From positions 4,723 through 68,722 of the forward strand of contig JAGAYR010000012.1 in assembly GCA_017940415.1 (NCBI GenBank): a DNA stretch of 64,000 nt, written 5' to 3'. Positions 48,565-59,290 of the stretch are shown in pieces. The notes beneath the pieces are model-generated. The model saw nothing but the letters and a program-made list of their open reading frames with translations, did not search any database and was not told where the DNA came from. How positions within the stretch are numbered: position 1 is the stretch's first letter; each line of letters starts with the position of its first letter. The position numbers and the translations under genes are program-made. The DNA comes from Lachnospiraceae bacterium. GTDB taxonomy: Bacteria; Bacillota; Clostridia; Lachnospirales; Lachnospiraceae.

Positions 48565-49587
48565 ATGAATCTTATTGTCATTGACCTTGAGTGGAATCAG
48601 AGTTCCACCGGATCGGAACCCGAAGTTTCCGAGATCCCTTTTGAGATCATCGAGATAGGCGCCGTAAAATACGGCGAAGGCGGAGTTCTGATCTCTGAAT
48701 TCAGCGAACTGATAAGACCCAAGGTCTACAGAAAAATGCATAACTACACCAGCAAGCTCGTTCATCTTCAGATGGAGGAGCTTGAAAAGGGTGATTCATT
48801 CGATAAGGTTTCCGAGAGATTTTTCAAATGGTGCGGAAATGACCCCGTATTTGCCACATGGGGTCCCGGAGATATCGGAGTATTCCAGCAGAATCTCAAA
48901 TTCTTCGGACTTCCTCTTATAAATGAAGGACCGGTTGCTTTTGTGGATGTACAGAAGCTGTTTATGCTCGCATGCGAGGCCGGTGAGAAAAAGAGAAGAT
49001 CTCTTGAATATGCCGTGGATCATTTTCAAATATCCAAGGATATCCCTTTCCACAGAGCGTTCAGTGATGCATATTACACAGCTGAGGTCTACAAGAAAGT
49101 TTGTGCCATCAATCCCGAGGTAAATAAGTTTGTGTCATACGACACCACTTATCCCCCTGCGGATAAAGAGCACGAGATCAAGATCGTATTCCCCACCTAT
49201 CAGAAATACATCTCCCGCGTCTTCGAGAACCGTGATAAGGCATTCAGAGAAAAAGAAACCCTTTCCACCACATGCTATATCTGCGGAAAGAAGGCAAAGC
49301 GTAAGATCAAATGGTTTTCCATGGGCGACAGACATTACTACTGCCTGTGCGAATGCGAAGAACATGGTCTTATAAAGGGTAAGATAATCACTTATCCGGG
49401 TAAGAACGGGGAAGGATTGTATCTCGTTAAGATCTTAAGATGCGTTAACGAGAAAGAAGCCGCGGTAGTCGAGAAGAAATTCAACAAAGTCCGCGAATAC
49501 AGAAAGAACAATACAACCGGTGTGAGATTTAAAAAACCGGGAAAAAATACCTCGGGACCGATTCCCGAGGATAAAGGTGATGACTGA
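48565..49587 (+). CDS. DEDDh 3'-5' exonuclease with Cys-rich C-terminal domain
   Basis: IDLEWN, EIIEIGAV, HRAFSDA; CYICG...CECEEH. Confidence 0.85.
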   Translation: MNLIVIDLEWNQSSTGSEPEVSEIPFEIIEIGAVKYGEGGVLISEFSELIRPKVYRKMHNYTSKLVHLQMEELEKGDSFDKVSERFFKWCGNDPVFATWGPGDIGVFQQNLKFFGLPLINEGPVAFVDVQKLFMLACEAGEKKRRSLEYAVDHFQISKDIPFHRAFSDAYYTAEVYKKVCAINPEVNKFVSYDTTYPPADKEHEIKIVFPTYQKYISRVFENRDKAFREKETLSTTCYICGKKAKRKIKWFSMGDRHYYCLCECEEHGLIKGKIITYPGKNGEGLYLVKILRCVNEKEAAVVEKKFNKVREYRKNNTTGVRFKKPGKNTSGPIPEDKGDD

Positions 49588-49590
49588 TAT

Positions 49591-50103
49591 TTAAGCCATT
49601 GCATGTACGGGGATTCTCATACGTGAATGAAGCTTTACGGATGAGCTCCTTACGGTAAAAGGCTCGTAGAGAGCACAGTATTTGTCCGCGATACAGATGA
49701 GGACGGCTTCGATCGAGTCAGGCCTTTTAAGTATCAGTGGGAACATATGATGTTCGATGATGTCTCTTTCTTTTTCGGAGATGGAACCGAGGATATCTTC
49801 CGCACGGGTTGCGGAATCAAGGGGATGCTGTGTGATGCACATGCGTCCCGTGGTATAAACCACCTTACGGTTTCCGATCAGTCCCATGTCATGGCAGAGG
49901 CAGGCCCTGATGAGAGCTTCCCTGTCTGCGGATGCAAATAATCCGGCGAGTCTGAGAGCTGCCTTTGTTACATGGAGCTCATGATCGCTCACGTTGGATC
50001 TGAAATGGTGGGATTGGGAAAATCCGCGTATGAACATATCGGAAGCAAGAATATCCTTGCCCACCGTTCTTATTTCTTTTTCGATGTCTTCTTTTGATCT
50101 CAT
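49591..50103 (-). CDS. HD-domain phosphohydrolase
   Basis: H...CHD, HP, IEHHMFP, ADK. Confidence 0.8.
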   Translation of the reverse strand: MRSKEDIEKEIRTVGKDILASDMFIRGFSQSHHFRSNVSDHELHVTKAALRLAGLFASADREALIRACLCHDMGLIGNRKVVYTTGRMCITQHPLDSATRAEDILGSISEKERDIIEHHMFPLILKRPDSIEAVLICIADKYCALYEPFTVRSSSVKLHSRMRIPVHAMA

Positions 50104-50157
50104 AGTTTTTTACCGCCAACACATTTTATAACATCGATTATATATAGACAAGAGCCC

Positions 50158-52026
50158 ATGAAGGATTTTTCCGAAGAACTGAAGAAATTGCCGGCCAAGC
50201 CCGGCGTTTACATCATGCGTGATGCGGATGATGTGATCCTCTACGTCGGAAAAGCGGTGAATCTTCACAACAGGGTAAGGTCATATTTCAGAAAAAATAT
50301 CGGAAGAGGCCCCGCCATAGACAATATGGTGGCCAGGATAGAGAGGTTCGAGTACATCGTTACGGACTCGGAACTGGAGGCTCTGGTTCTGGAAAACAAC
50401 CTCATCAAGGAACATTCCCCCAAATACAACACTCTCTTAAAAGACGACAAAACATACCCCTATATCAAGGTGACTACATATGAGGAGTATCCCAGGATCC
50501 TCTTTTCCAGAACAATGAAAAGAGACCGCTCCAGATATTACGGTCCCTACAGTTCGGCTCAGGCGGTTAAGGACACCATAGAACTGCTGAACAGGATATT
50601 CAAATTAAGGACCTGTAACAGGAAATTACCTGAAGATATCGGGCTTGAGAGGGCGTGCCTTAATTACCACATAGGTCAGTGCATGGGTCCGTGTCAGGGC
50701 TATGTATCCAAGGAAGAATACGGTAAGGGCGTTGAAGGTGCACTTGAATTCCTGAGCGGTAACTACGGCCCCATAATCAAGGACCTGGAAGCTAAGATGG
50801 AAGCTGCCTCGGCGGACATGAAATTCGAAGAAGCTGCAAGATACAGAGATCTGGTCACATCCGTAAAGAGCGTGGCCCAGAAGCAGAAGATCACGGGAAA
50901 TGTGGGCACCGACAGGGATATCATCGGAATGTTCAGATCCGGTGAAGACATCGTCATTCAGATCTTTTTTGTCAGAGACGGAAGGCTTATGGGAAGAGAG
51001 CATTATCATATGACGGACTCTCTCATGGAGCCTGACGGCGAGGTTTTGGGGGACTTCATAAAGCAGTTCTATTCCGGAACTCCCTTTATACCCTCGGAGA
51101 TCATGATAAGGTATGCGCCGGACGACATGGATGTCATAAACGGATGGCTCAGCGAAAAGAGAGGAGCCAAGGTTTCCCTGGTGATCCCCAAGATCGGAAC
51201 CAAGGAAAAACTCCTGGAAATGTCCGAGGAAAACGCCCGTATCATCCTGAACAACGACGGGGAGAAGATAAAGCGCGAAGAGGCCAGAACTCTGGGCGCC
51301 GTAAAAGAAATCGAGGCTATATTAAAAACTGACGGACTTGTCAGAATGGAAGCTTTTGATATATCCAATACCAACGGATTCGAAAACGTCGCCTCCATGG
51401 TTGTTTTTGAAAACGGACGCTCCAAGAGGAGCGATTACAGGAAGTTTAAGATCAAGTCCGTGGACGGTCCCAATGACTATGCATGTATGAAAGAAGCCCT
51501 GACCAGGCGCTTTACTCATGGCATGGAAGAGGCGGGAAGGATCAGGGAAAAAGGTGAAGGAAGCGAAGTTGTAAGCTTCTCCCATCTGCCGGATCTGCTT
51601 CTTATGGACGGAGGAAGAGGTCAGGTTAACATAGCTCTTGAGGTTCTGGATTCTCTGGGGCTGGATATACCCGTCTGCGGAATGGTCAAAGACGACCATC
51701 ACAGGACCAGGGGACTTTATTTCAACAACACGGAGCTTCCCATAGATACACACTCGGAAGGTTTTAAACTCATTACCAGGATTCAGGACGAGGCGCACAG
51801 GTTTGCCATTGAATACCATAAATCCCTTCGTTCCAAGAACCAGACCAAGTCCCTTCTGGACGACATTCCGGGTGTTGGACCTTCCAGAAAGAAGGCTCTT
51901 ATGAAGAAGTTCCAGACCATATCGGAGATTGCTTCCGCGGGAAAAGAGGACTTGATGGAGCTTCCGGAGATCCCCGAAAACGTGGCGGATTCCATAGTCG
52001 CGTATTTCGAAAAGTTCAGGGAGTAA
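50158..52026 (+). CDS. uvrC: Excinuclease ABC subunit C
   Basis: GIY-YIG-like PGVY/YVGKA, EAFDISN, DGGRGQ, DEAHRFA, HhH. Confidence 0.97.
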   Translation: MKDFSEELKKLPAKPGVYIMRDADDVILYVGKAVNLHNRVRSYFRKNIGRGPAIDNMVARIERFEYIVTDSELEALVLENNLIKEHSPKYNTLLKDDKTYPYIKVTTYEEYPRILFSRTMKRDRSRYYGPYSSAQAVKDTIELLNRIFKLRTCNRKLPEDIGLERACLNYHIGQCMGPCQGYVSKEEYGKGVEGALEFLSGNYGPIIKDLEAKMEAASADMKFEEAARYRDLVTSVKSVAQKQKITGNVGTDRDIIGMFRSGEDIVIQIFFVRDGRLMGREHYHMTDSLMEPDGEVLGDFIKQFYSGTPFIPSEIMIRYAPDDMDVINGWLSEKRGAKVSLVIPKIGTKEKLLEMSEENARIILNNDGEKIKREEARTLGAVKEIEAILKTDGLVRMEAFDISNTNGFENVASMVVFENGRSKRSDYRKFKIKSVDGPNDYACMKEALTRRFTHGMEEAGRIREKGEGSEVVSFSHLPDLLLMDGGRGQVNIALEVLDSLGLDIPVCGMVKDDHHRTRGLYFNNTELPIDTHSEGFKLITRIQDEAHRFAIEYHKSLRSKNQTKSLLDDIPGVGPSRKKALMKKFQTISEIASAGKEDLMELPEIPENVADSIVAYFEKFRE

Positions 52027-52156
52027 ACCCCCGGCAAATCCCCCGTGATTTGGCGATTTTTATAGAGAAATCCGCCAAATCGTGGTATGATACTGTAGTT
52101 AATTGTTTGTTTTTGGACCCCCTGTCATAGAATCGGGGTCTTGTTAAGGAGAAAAA

Positions 52157-53635
52157 ATGGGTAACATAGGCTTTGATTCCGCAAAATATCTCGAACTTCA
52201 ATCCGCTCACATAAGGGAGAGAATATCCAGATTCGGTAAACTCTATCTGGAATTCGGCGGAAAACTTTATGATGATTATCACGCATCAAGAGTATTGCCC
52301 GGCTTTGCACCCAACAATAAACTCCTTATGCTGGAACAGCTCAAAGATCAGGCTGAGATCGTCATCGTAATCGGTGCGGATGCCATTGAGCAGAACAAGG
52401 TAAGAGGTGACCTTGGAATCACCTATGATCAGGACGTTCTTCGTCTTGTTAAGGTATTCCGCGAGCTCGGATTCCTGGTTTCAAGCATCGTTATCACCAA
52501 ATATTCGGGACAGCCCGCAGCGGACCGTTTCCGCCAGCTTCTCGACTCTCACGGACTTAAGAGTTATCTTCACTATCCCATCGACGGATACCCTTCAAAT
52601 ATCCCTCTTATCGTATCCGATGACGGATACGGCAAGAATGACTATGTAGAGACCACCAGACCTCTTGTAGTCATCACAGCGCCCGGACCCGGAAGCGGAA
52701 AGATGGCAACCTGTCTTTCACAGCTTTATCACGAGCATAAGAGAGGCATCAATGCCGGTTATGCGAAGTTCGAGACCTTCCCTATCTGGAATCTCCCTCT
52801 TCGTCATCCCGTAAACATCGCATACGAAGCTGCTACCGCAGACCTTGACGATGTTAACATGATCGATCCTTTCCATCTGGAAGCTTACAACCAGACAACC
52901 GTTAACTATAACAGAGATGTTGAGATATTCCCCGTTCTGAGCGCCCTTTTCGAGGCAATCAGCGGTGAGTGTCCTTACAAGAGCCCTACCGACATGGGTG
53001 TTAACATGGCCGGATACGCCATCACCGATGATGAAGTTTGTAAGGAAGCATCCTGTCAGGAAATTCTCAGAAGATATTACGCAACCGCAGTATCCGTTAA
53101 AAAAGGCGATGCCCCCAAGGAAGAACTCTATAAGCAGGAACTCCTTCTTAAGCAGGCAGGCATTGTTCCCGAGGACAGAAAGGTCGCTGTTGCCGCTATG
53201 GAGAGACAGGCCGAGAGCCAGACTCCCGCTGCTGCAATCCAGCTTCCCGACGGTCAGATCGTGACCGGACGTACAAATCCTCTTCTCGGTGCCGCAGCAT
53301 CATGTCTCCTTAATGCCATCAAGCAGCTTGCAGGCATCCCTCACGAAGTTAAGCTCATGAGCGAGGAGACTCTGCTTCCCATTCAGAACCTTAAGACTAC
53401 ATATATGGGAGCTCACAACCCCAGACTTCACACTGATGAGATGCTCATTGCCCTTTCAAGCTCCGCATCATCCAATCCTCTTGCAAAGTCCGCACTTGAT
53501 TGTCTGTCCGGATTAAGAGGTGCAGAGGCACACTCGAGTGTCATCCTTTCAAGAGTCGACGAAAACGTATACAGAAAGCTCGGTCTCAGGCTTACCTGCA
53601 CACCCGAGTACGAGACCGGTAAAGATTTCGTTTAA
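52157..53635 (+). CDS. DUF1846 (UPF0371) family protein
   Basis: LYLEFGGKL, APGPGSGKMATCLSQ, YKSPTDMGVNM. Confidence 0.9.
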   Translation: MGNIGFDSAKYLELQSAHIRERISRFGKLYLEFGGKLYDDYHASRVLPGFAPNNKLLMLEQLKDQAEIVIVIGADAIEQNKVRGDLGITYDQDVLRLVKVFRELGFLVSSIVITKYSGQPAADRFRQLLDSHGLKSYLHYPIDGYPSNIPLIVSDDGYGKNDYVETTRPLVVITAPGPGSGKMATCLSQLYHEHKRGINAGYAKFETFPIWNLPLRHPVNIAYEAATADLDDVNMIDPFHLEAYNQTTVNYNRDVEIFPVLSALFEAISGECPYKSPTDMGVNMAGYAITDDEVCKEASCQEILRRYYATAVSVKKGDAPKEELYKQELLLKQAGIVPEDRKVAVAAMERQAESQTPAAAIQLPDGQIVTGRTNPLLGAAASCLLNAIKQLAGIPHEVKLMSEETLLPIQNLKTTYMGAHNPRLHTDEMLIALSSSASSNPLAKSALDCLSGLRGAEAHSSVILSRVDENVYRKLGLRLTCTPEYETGKDFV

Positions 53636-53744
53636 AATCCTTTAACCGATTGTTAATTAAGTTTTGCGTTTTTTTACTTGCCCGGGGCACTGTGATATAG
53701 TAAACAAATAGTGTAAATACGCTGTTTTAAAGTGGTGGTTAAGA

Positions 53745-55889
53745 TTGGACAATAATTCACAGAATCAAAATAATAAACATCCCGTGGGACGGAACAATTC
53801 CTGGATGATGATCCTTGCCGTGCTTTGCATGGTGGTGGTCGTTTTCCTGTTCTATAACATGCTTTTCGGAGGAAAGGGTTCCACCCAGACCAAGCCCTAT
53901 ACGGAGTTTCTGGAGGATCTCCAGAATGACCGTGTCGAATCCGTAGAACTCGATGCGGAAAATGCCGAACTGACCGTAACTCTCAAGCAGGAATATGTAG
54001 AGTCACAGTCCGGAACTGAATCCCCCGATGAGGGATCAAACGCATTCGAGCAGTATGCTTACTTCGTTCAGATCAAGAACGATCAGGTATATACAACCAG
54101 GATCATGGAATCCATGGACACCCTTACCGAGCAGCTTGAAGAGCACGGTGTTGAGGGACAGAGAATCGTAAGTACTTCTTCGGGACTGCTTACCGAGATA
54201 TTTGTGGGAGTCGTTCTTCCCGTACTTGTCCTCTGGCTTCTTGCATCATTCCTCATGAGGAAGATGGGCGGAGGAAGCGGTCCTTTAAATGTGGGCAAGA
54301 GCAACGCCAAGGTTTATGTACAGAAAGAGACCGGTGTCACGTTCAAGGATGTAGCCGGTGAGGATGAAGCAAAAGAATCACTTGTTGAAGTGGTAGACTT
54401 CCTCCATAATCCCGGTAAATATTCGGGAATAGGTGCAAGACTTCCCAAGGGAGCACTTCTTGTAGGCCCTCCCGGAACAGGTAAGACCCTTCTTGCCAAA
54501 GCCGTAGCAGGTGAGGCACATGTACCTTTCTTCTCACTTACCGGATCGGATTTCATTGAACTTTACGTCGGTGTCGGTGCATCCCGTGTAAGAGACCTCT
54601 TTAAGGAAGCTACCAAGAACGCACCCTGTATTATTTTCATCGACGAGATAGATGCCATCGGAAGAAGCCGTGATTCCAAATACGGCGGGGGAAATGAAGA
54701 AAGAGAACAGACTCTGAATCAGCTCCTTTCCGAGATGGACGGCTTCGATTCTTCAAAGGGTATTTTGATCCTCGGAGCAACCAACCGCCCCGAGATACTT
54801 GATAAAGCACTTCTTCGTCCCGGACGTTTCGACAGACGTATCATCGTAGATAAGCCCGATCTTAAGGGCCGTGTGGAGATACTCAAGGTTCATGCCAAGG
54901 ACGTTAAGATGGATGAGAGCGTAGATCTCGATGCCATCGCACTTGCAACCAGCGGCGCCGTAGGTTCCGATCTTGCCAATATGATCAACGAGGCTGCCAT
55001 CAATGCAGTCAAGGAAGGCAGAGAATTTGTCTGCCAGAAGGACCTCTTCAATGCCGTCGAGCAGGTACTTGTAGGTAAGGAAAAGAAAGATCGCATCATG
55101 AGTGCGGAGGAGAGAAAGATCGTCTCCTATCACGAAGTCGGACATGCTCTTATCACCGCACTTCAGAAAAATTCCGAGCCGGTACAGAAGATCACCATCG
55201 TACCCAGAACAATGGGTGCTCTCGGATATGTAATGCAGGTTCCCGAAGAGGAGAAGTACTTAAACTCCAAGGAAGAACTTGAGAATATGATCGTATCCCT
55301 TCTCGGAGGACGGGCTGCGGAGGAAGTTGTATTCGGTAATGTTACAACGGGCGCTGCCAACGATATTGAGAAGGCAACATCCATCGCCAAGAATATGATC
55401 ACCCGTTTCGGTATGAGCGACAGATTCGGACTTGCCGGATTTGCCACCGTTGAGAGCCAGTATCTCGAGGGACGAACCGCAATGAATTGCTCCGACCAGA
55501 CTGCGGCTGCCATCGACGAAGAGATTGTCAGCATGCTTAAGAAAGCATACGAGCAGGCCAAGGGAATGCTTTCCGAAAACAGAGAGCTCATGGATAAGCT
55601 GGCCGGATATCTCATTGAAAAAGAGACCATTACCGGTAAGGAATTTATGAAGATCTTCAGGGCAGAAAAGGGAATCCCTGAGCCCGAAGAGGAAGAAAAG
55701 GATGTGACCGGAGCCGAGGCTGCGACAACTTCGGATAAGCCTTCGGAAGATAAGACTTCCGAGGATAAAGCCCCCGAAGAAGACAAAGCGAAAGAGACGG
55801 AGAATAAGGAAGAGACCGAAAAGAAACCTCCTATTCCGGAAGCTCCCCAAGGCGACGTAGGTATTTTTTCCAATCACACGATCATGTAA
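53745..55889 (+). CDS. ftsH: ATP-dependent zinc metalloprotease FtsH
   Basis: Two TMs, [18 protein letters not shown] region, HEVGH; TTG start. Confidence 0.96.
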   Translation: MDNNSQNQNNKHPVGRNNSWMMILAVLCMVVVVFLFYNMLFGGKGSTQTKPYTEFLEDLQNDRVESVELDAENAELTVTLKQEYVESQSGTESPDEGSNAFEQYAYFVQIKNDQVYTTRIMESMDTLTEQLEEHGVEGQRIVSTSSGLLTEIFVGVVLPVLVLWLLASFLMRKMGGGSGPLNVGKSNAKVYVQKETGVTFKDVAGEDEAKESLVEVVDFLHNPGKYSGIGARLPKGALLVGPPGTGKTLLAKAVAGEAHVPFFSLTGSDFIELYVGVGASRVRDLFKEATKNAPCIIFIDEIDAIGRSRDSKYGGGNEEREQTLNQLLSEMDGFDSSKGILILGATNRPEILDKALLRPGRFDRRIIVDKPDLKGRVEILKVHAKDVKMDESVDLDAIALATSGAVGSDLANMINEAAINAVKEGREFVCQKDLFNAVEQVLVGKEKKDRIMSAEERKIVSYHEVGHALITALQKNSEPVQKITIVPRTMGALGYVMQVPEEEKYLNSKEELENMIVSLLGGRAAEEVVFGNVTTGAANDIEKATSIAKNMITRFGMSDRFGLAGFATVESQYLEGRTAMNCSDQTAAAIDEEIVSMLKKAYEQAKGMLSENRELMDKLAGYLIEKETITGKEFMKIFRAEKGIPEPEEEEKDVTGAEAATTSDKPSEDKTSEDKAPEEDKAKETENKEETEKKPPIPEAPQGDVGIFSNHTIM

Positions 55890-55890
55890 T

Positions 55891-57357
55891 ATGCGAAAGT
55901 CAGTAGGCGTAAAAAAGCACCGTGTTAACTACAAGGGCAGAGTTTTTACTCTGCCTCTTGTGATATTTATGGTGATGTCTTTTTCACTCAGAAGTCTTGC
56001 TACAGAGGCTCCGGATTCACCTGACGGGGCAGATGTGATAGAGACGAATGAAATCTTAAACTGGCCCAAAGGACCGGAGACTTCCGGCAGGTCGGTAATA
56101 CTCATGGAGAATTCCACCGGTGCGATCCTGTATGCCAAGAATATCCATGAGAGATGCTATCCCGCGGCGATGACGGCTGTCGTGACCAGTATGCTGGCTG
56201 CGGAGATGTGCGATCTTGATGACGAAGTTGAATTTGCCACACAGGCGGTAAGGGATGTTCCCTCAGGTGTTGTAAACATAGCCATAGATCCGGGAGAACG
56301 CTTAAGCGTCGGTGAATGCCTTCAGGCCATACTCATAAGGGGCGCGGCTGAATGCGGATTTGCACTTGCAGAGCACTGCGGAGGCGGATCCAGAGATGCA
56401 TTCGTAGCGCTGATGAACTCAAGGGCTGCCTCGCTGGGGTGTACCGATACTTCCTTCACCAATCCGGTGGGACTTCATTCCGAAGAACATTACACCACTG
56501 CTTATGACATGGCACTCATCGGAAGGGACTTTTTTGATAACGAGCTGCTGTGTAAATACTCCCTTCAGAAAACATTGCATCTGTACCCTTCGGAGGGTCA
56601 GAAAGATGAGATCATAGAGCATAATGCTTCAAAGATGGCTGTCGGCGGAGCTTATGAATATGAGTATCTCATCGGAGCAAGGACCGGCTACACCGATGAA
56701 GCGGGCTATTGCCTCATAGCGGGTGCCGAGAAAGACGGAATGCGTCTTATAGCCGTTATCATGGATGACGGAAGCGACGAGAGATATCAGGATGCCATAG
56801 CGCTTTTTGATTACGGTTTTTCCAATTTCACTCTGATAAATGCATCGGAGAACGAAAAATCCTATGACATAGGATCAAGCGTTGCATCCTACGGAACCAC
56901 CGATATCATGGGTGATTCGAGACCCATGTTTTCACTGGATAAAAACGACAGGGTTCTTCTGCCGTTGACCGTGGATTTTGCGGATCTGACAAGTGACATC
57001 ACATATGACGGTGTTACCGGTAATGAGGCCGCAAGGATCGAATATTCTTACAGGGGAACTTATCTGGGAAAATGTTCTATTTTGTTCGGAGAGCCCTCTG
57101 AAGAATATGATTTCGGTATCAAGTCGGAAGAAGAGACTCCGGCCGAAGAAAAGCCCGGCAAGACATTTGTATTTATCAACGTGGCCATGGTTGCTTTAGT
57201 CAGTGCCATCATTGCGGCGGGAATACTGCTGCTCATGGGCCTGTATAAATTATATAAAAGATACAGAGAGGTACATCCCAACTGGAGAAGACAGTATCGC
57301 AAAGAAAGGCACAGGTCTGTTTTTTCAAGATGGGGTGGTAATAAGAAGATCAAATGA
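55891..57357 (+). CDS. D-Ala-D-Ala carboxypeptidase (S11) homolog with degenerate active site
   Basis: FTNPVGLH, TTAYDMA, RTGYT..AGYCL, LFDYGF, C-terminal TM; SxxK and SxN missing. Confidence 0.85.
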   Translation: MRKSVGVKKHRVNYKGRVFTLPLVIFMVMSFSLRSLATEAPDSPDGADVIETNEILNWPKGPETSGRSVILMENSTGAILYAKNIHERCYPAAMTAVVTSMLAAEMCDLDDEVEFATQAVRDVPSGVVNIAIDPGERLSVGECLQAILIRGAAECGFALAEHCGGGSRDAFVALMNSRAASLGCTDTSFTNPVGLHSEEHYTTAYDMALIGRDFFDNELLCKYSLQKTLHLYPSEGQKDEIIEHNASKMAVGGAYEYEYLIGARTGYTDEAGYCLIAGAEKDGMRLIAVIMDDGSDERYQDAIALFDYGFSNFTLINASENEKSYDIGSSVASYGTTDIMGDSRPMFSLDKNDRVLLPLTVDFADLTSDITYDGVTGNEAARIEYSYRGTYLGKCSILFGEPSEEYDFGIKSEEETPAEEKPGKTFVFINVAMVALVSAIIAAGILLLMGLYKLYKRYREVHPNWRRQYRKERHRSVFSRWGGNKKIK

Positions 57358-58331
57358 GACTGAAGAATGTTCCCGGATGCAGGGAGAGAATTGCGGAGAG
57401 CGAATTTGTTGTTCCCGAGGATAAGCTTAAAGAGTGCAAAGGCCACTGGAGTGAAGTGTTCGGTAATGACAATGATATCCATATAGAGATTGGAATGGGA
57501 AAGGGCCAATTCATATACGAAATGGCTGCGAGAAACCCCGGGATCAACTATATCGGAGTCGAAAAATATTCTGCGGTACTTCTCAGAGCCGTTCAGAAAA
57601 TGGAAGAAGAACCCAGGGATAATCTGATCTTTATAAGAATGGATGCCGAGGCCATAGCAGAAGTATTCGATGAGGGAGAGGTAGGACGGATATACCTGAA
57701 TTTCTCGGATCCCTGGCCCAAAGACAGACATGCAAAAAGAAGACTTCCTTCTCGCGAATATCTCGCAAGATATGATAAGATATTAAAGCAGGGCGGAAGG
57801 ATCGAGTTCAAGACAGATAACAGGGTTTTATTCGACTGGGCACTTGAAGAACTTCCGGAGTCCGCATGGAAAGCGGATCTTGTGACATTCGATCTTCATT
57901 CACAGGAAGAACTCATGGCAGATAATGTCATGACGGAATACGAAGAAAAATTCTCGGGGCTCGGAAAGCCCATCTGTAAATACATTTTAACCAGAAAAAG
58001 AAAGGAGTTAATTATGGCACAGCTTGTTAACACCAATGATTTTGAAAAAGAAGTACTTGAATGTACCACTCCTGTTCTCGTGGATTTCTATGCAGACTGG
58101 TGCGGTCCCTGCAAGATGATGTCTCCCGTTGTGGATCAGCTCGCCGAAAAACTTGCGGATCAGATCAAGGTTGTAAAGTGCAATGTTGATGACAGCGGCG
58201 CTGTTGCAGAGAAATACAATGTTATGAGCATCCCTAATTTCTTTATTTTCAAGGACGGAAAAGCAGTATCAAGTAAGCTCGGAGCATCTTCACCCGCAGA
58301 CTTTGAACAGTGGATCAAGGAGAATATCTGA
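57354..58331 (+). CDS. trmB: tRNA (guanine-N7)-methyltransferase TrmB, reading in frame into thioredoxin
   Basis: EIGMGKG, NFSDPWPK.RH.KRRL, FKTD, TEYE; no stop before the trx domain. Confidence 0.92.
   Translation: MRLKNVPGCRERIAESEFVVPEDKLKECKGHWSEVFGNDNDIHIEIGMGKGQFIYEMAARNPGINYIGVEKYSAVLLRAVQKMEEEPRDNLIFIRMDAEAIAEVFDEGEVGRIYLNFSDPWPKDRHAKRRLPSREYLARYDKILKQGGRIEFKTDNRVLFDWALEELPESAWKADLVTFDLHSQEELMADNVMTEYEEKFSGLGKPICKYILTRKRKELIMAQLVNTNDFEKEVLECTTPVLVDFYADWCGPCKMMSPVVDQLAEKLADQIKVVKCNVDDSGAVAEKYNVMSIPNFFIFKDGKAVSSKLGASSPADFEQWIKENI
58014..58331 (+). CDS. trxA: Thioredoxin with its own RBS, nested in frame in the trmB ORF
   Basis: VDFYADWCGPCK; AAGGAG 6 nt before ATG 58014. Confidence 0.9.
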   Translation: MAQLVNTNDFEKEVLECTTPVLVDFYADWCGPCKMMSPVVDQLAEKLADQIKVVKCNVDDSGAVAEKYNVMSIPNFFIFKDGKAVSSKLGASSPADFEQWIKENI

Positions 58332-59290
58332 TGGCAAGCGTCAAACTGACAAAAGTTATCGAGAGAATGGATCTCCAGAATCTCACACCCGAGGTTCCCG
58401 TTGAGAAGATCCGTATAACCCAGCCCGATATTAACAGACCTGCACTCCAGATTGCAGGATATTTCGAATATTTCGATCCTTCCCGTATCCAGATCATCGG
58501 CTATGTAGAGTATTCCTACATGGAAAATGCACTGGATGACGAGCAGAAATATGAGGCATACGATAAGTTCCTTGAGCATCCCATGCCCGCCATTATTTTC
58601 TGCAGAGGCCTTCGTCCCAATGAGATCTTCATGGAACTGGCCAAAAAGTACGGAATTCCCGTTCTGCTTACAAATGAGGCAACATCGGGATTTACCGCAG
58701 AACTGATCAGATGGCTCAACGAACAGCTGGCTCCCATGATCTCCGTACACGGAGTATTGGTGGACTGCTACGGTGAAGGCGTTCTCATCACCGGTGAAAG
58801 CGGTATCGGTAAATCCGAGGCGGCGCTTGAGCTTATAAAGAGAGGACACAGACTTGTAACCGACGATGCGGTTGAACTCAGAAAACTGTCGGATACACTT
58901 CTTGTGGGAACCGCACCTGATATCACCAAGCACTTCATAGAGCTTCGAGGTATCGGCATCGTAGACGTAAAGGCACTTTTCGGTGCATCAAGCGTCAAGG
59001 ATTCACAGCAGGTCGACCTGGTCATCAGACTTGAGGACTGGGATAAGGATAAAGATTACGACAGACTCGGCGTTGAGGAAAATTATACGGAATACCTTGG
59101 CGTTCGCGTGGTCTGCCATAACATCCCCGTAAGACCCGGACGAAATCTCGCAGTTATCTGTGAGACTGCCGCAGTTAACTACCGTCAGAAGCAGATGGGA
59201 TACAATGCGGTACAGGAACTCTACAAGAGAGTTCAGGCAAATCTTGCCAAGAAACATTCCGAAGAAGAGGAAGAAGAGGAAGAATCATGA
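58331..59290 (+). CDS. hprK: HPr(Ser) kinase/phosphorylase
   Basis: HGVLV, GESGIGKSE, LVTDD, ELRGIGI, PGRN. Confidence 0.97.
   Translation: MASVKLTKVIERMDLQNLTPEVPVEKIRITQPDINRPALQIAGYFEYFDPSRIQIIGYVEYSYMENALDDEQKYEAYDKFLEHPMPAIIFCRGLRPNEIFMELAKKYGIPVLLTNEATSGFTAELIRWLNEQLAPMISVHGVLVDCYGEGVLITGESGIGKSEAALELIKRGHRLVTDDAVELRKLSDTLLVGTAPDITKHFIELRGIGIVDVKALFGASSVKDSQQVDLVIRLEDWDKDKDYDRLGVEENYTEYLGVRVVCHNIPVRPGRNLAVICETAAVNYRQKQMGYNAVQELYKRVQANLAKKHSEEEEEEEES

Noticed and set aside
55690-55830. Short SEDK-type repeats in the FtsH tail
   Set aside because: Ordinary low-complexity charged tail.
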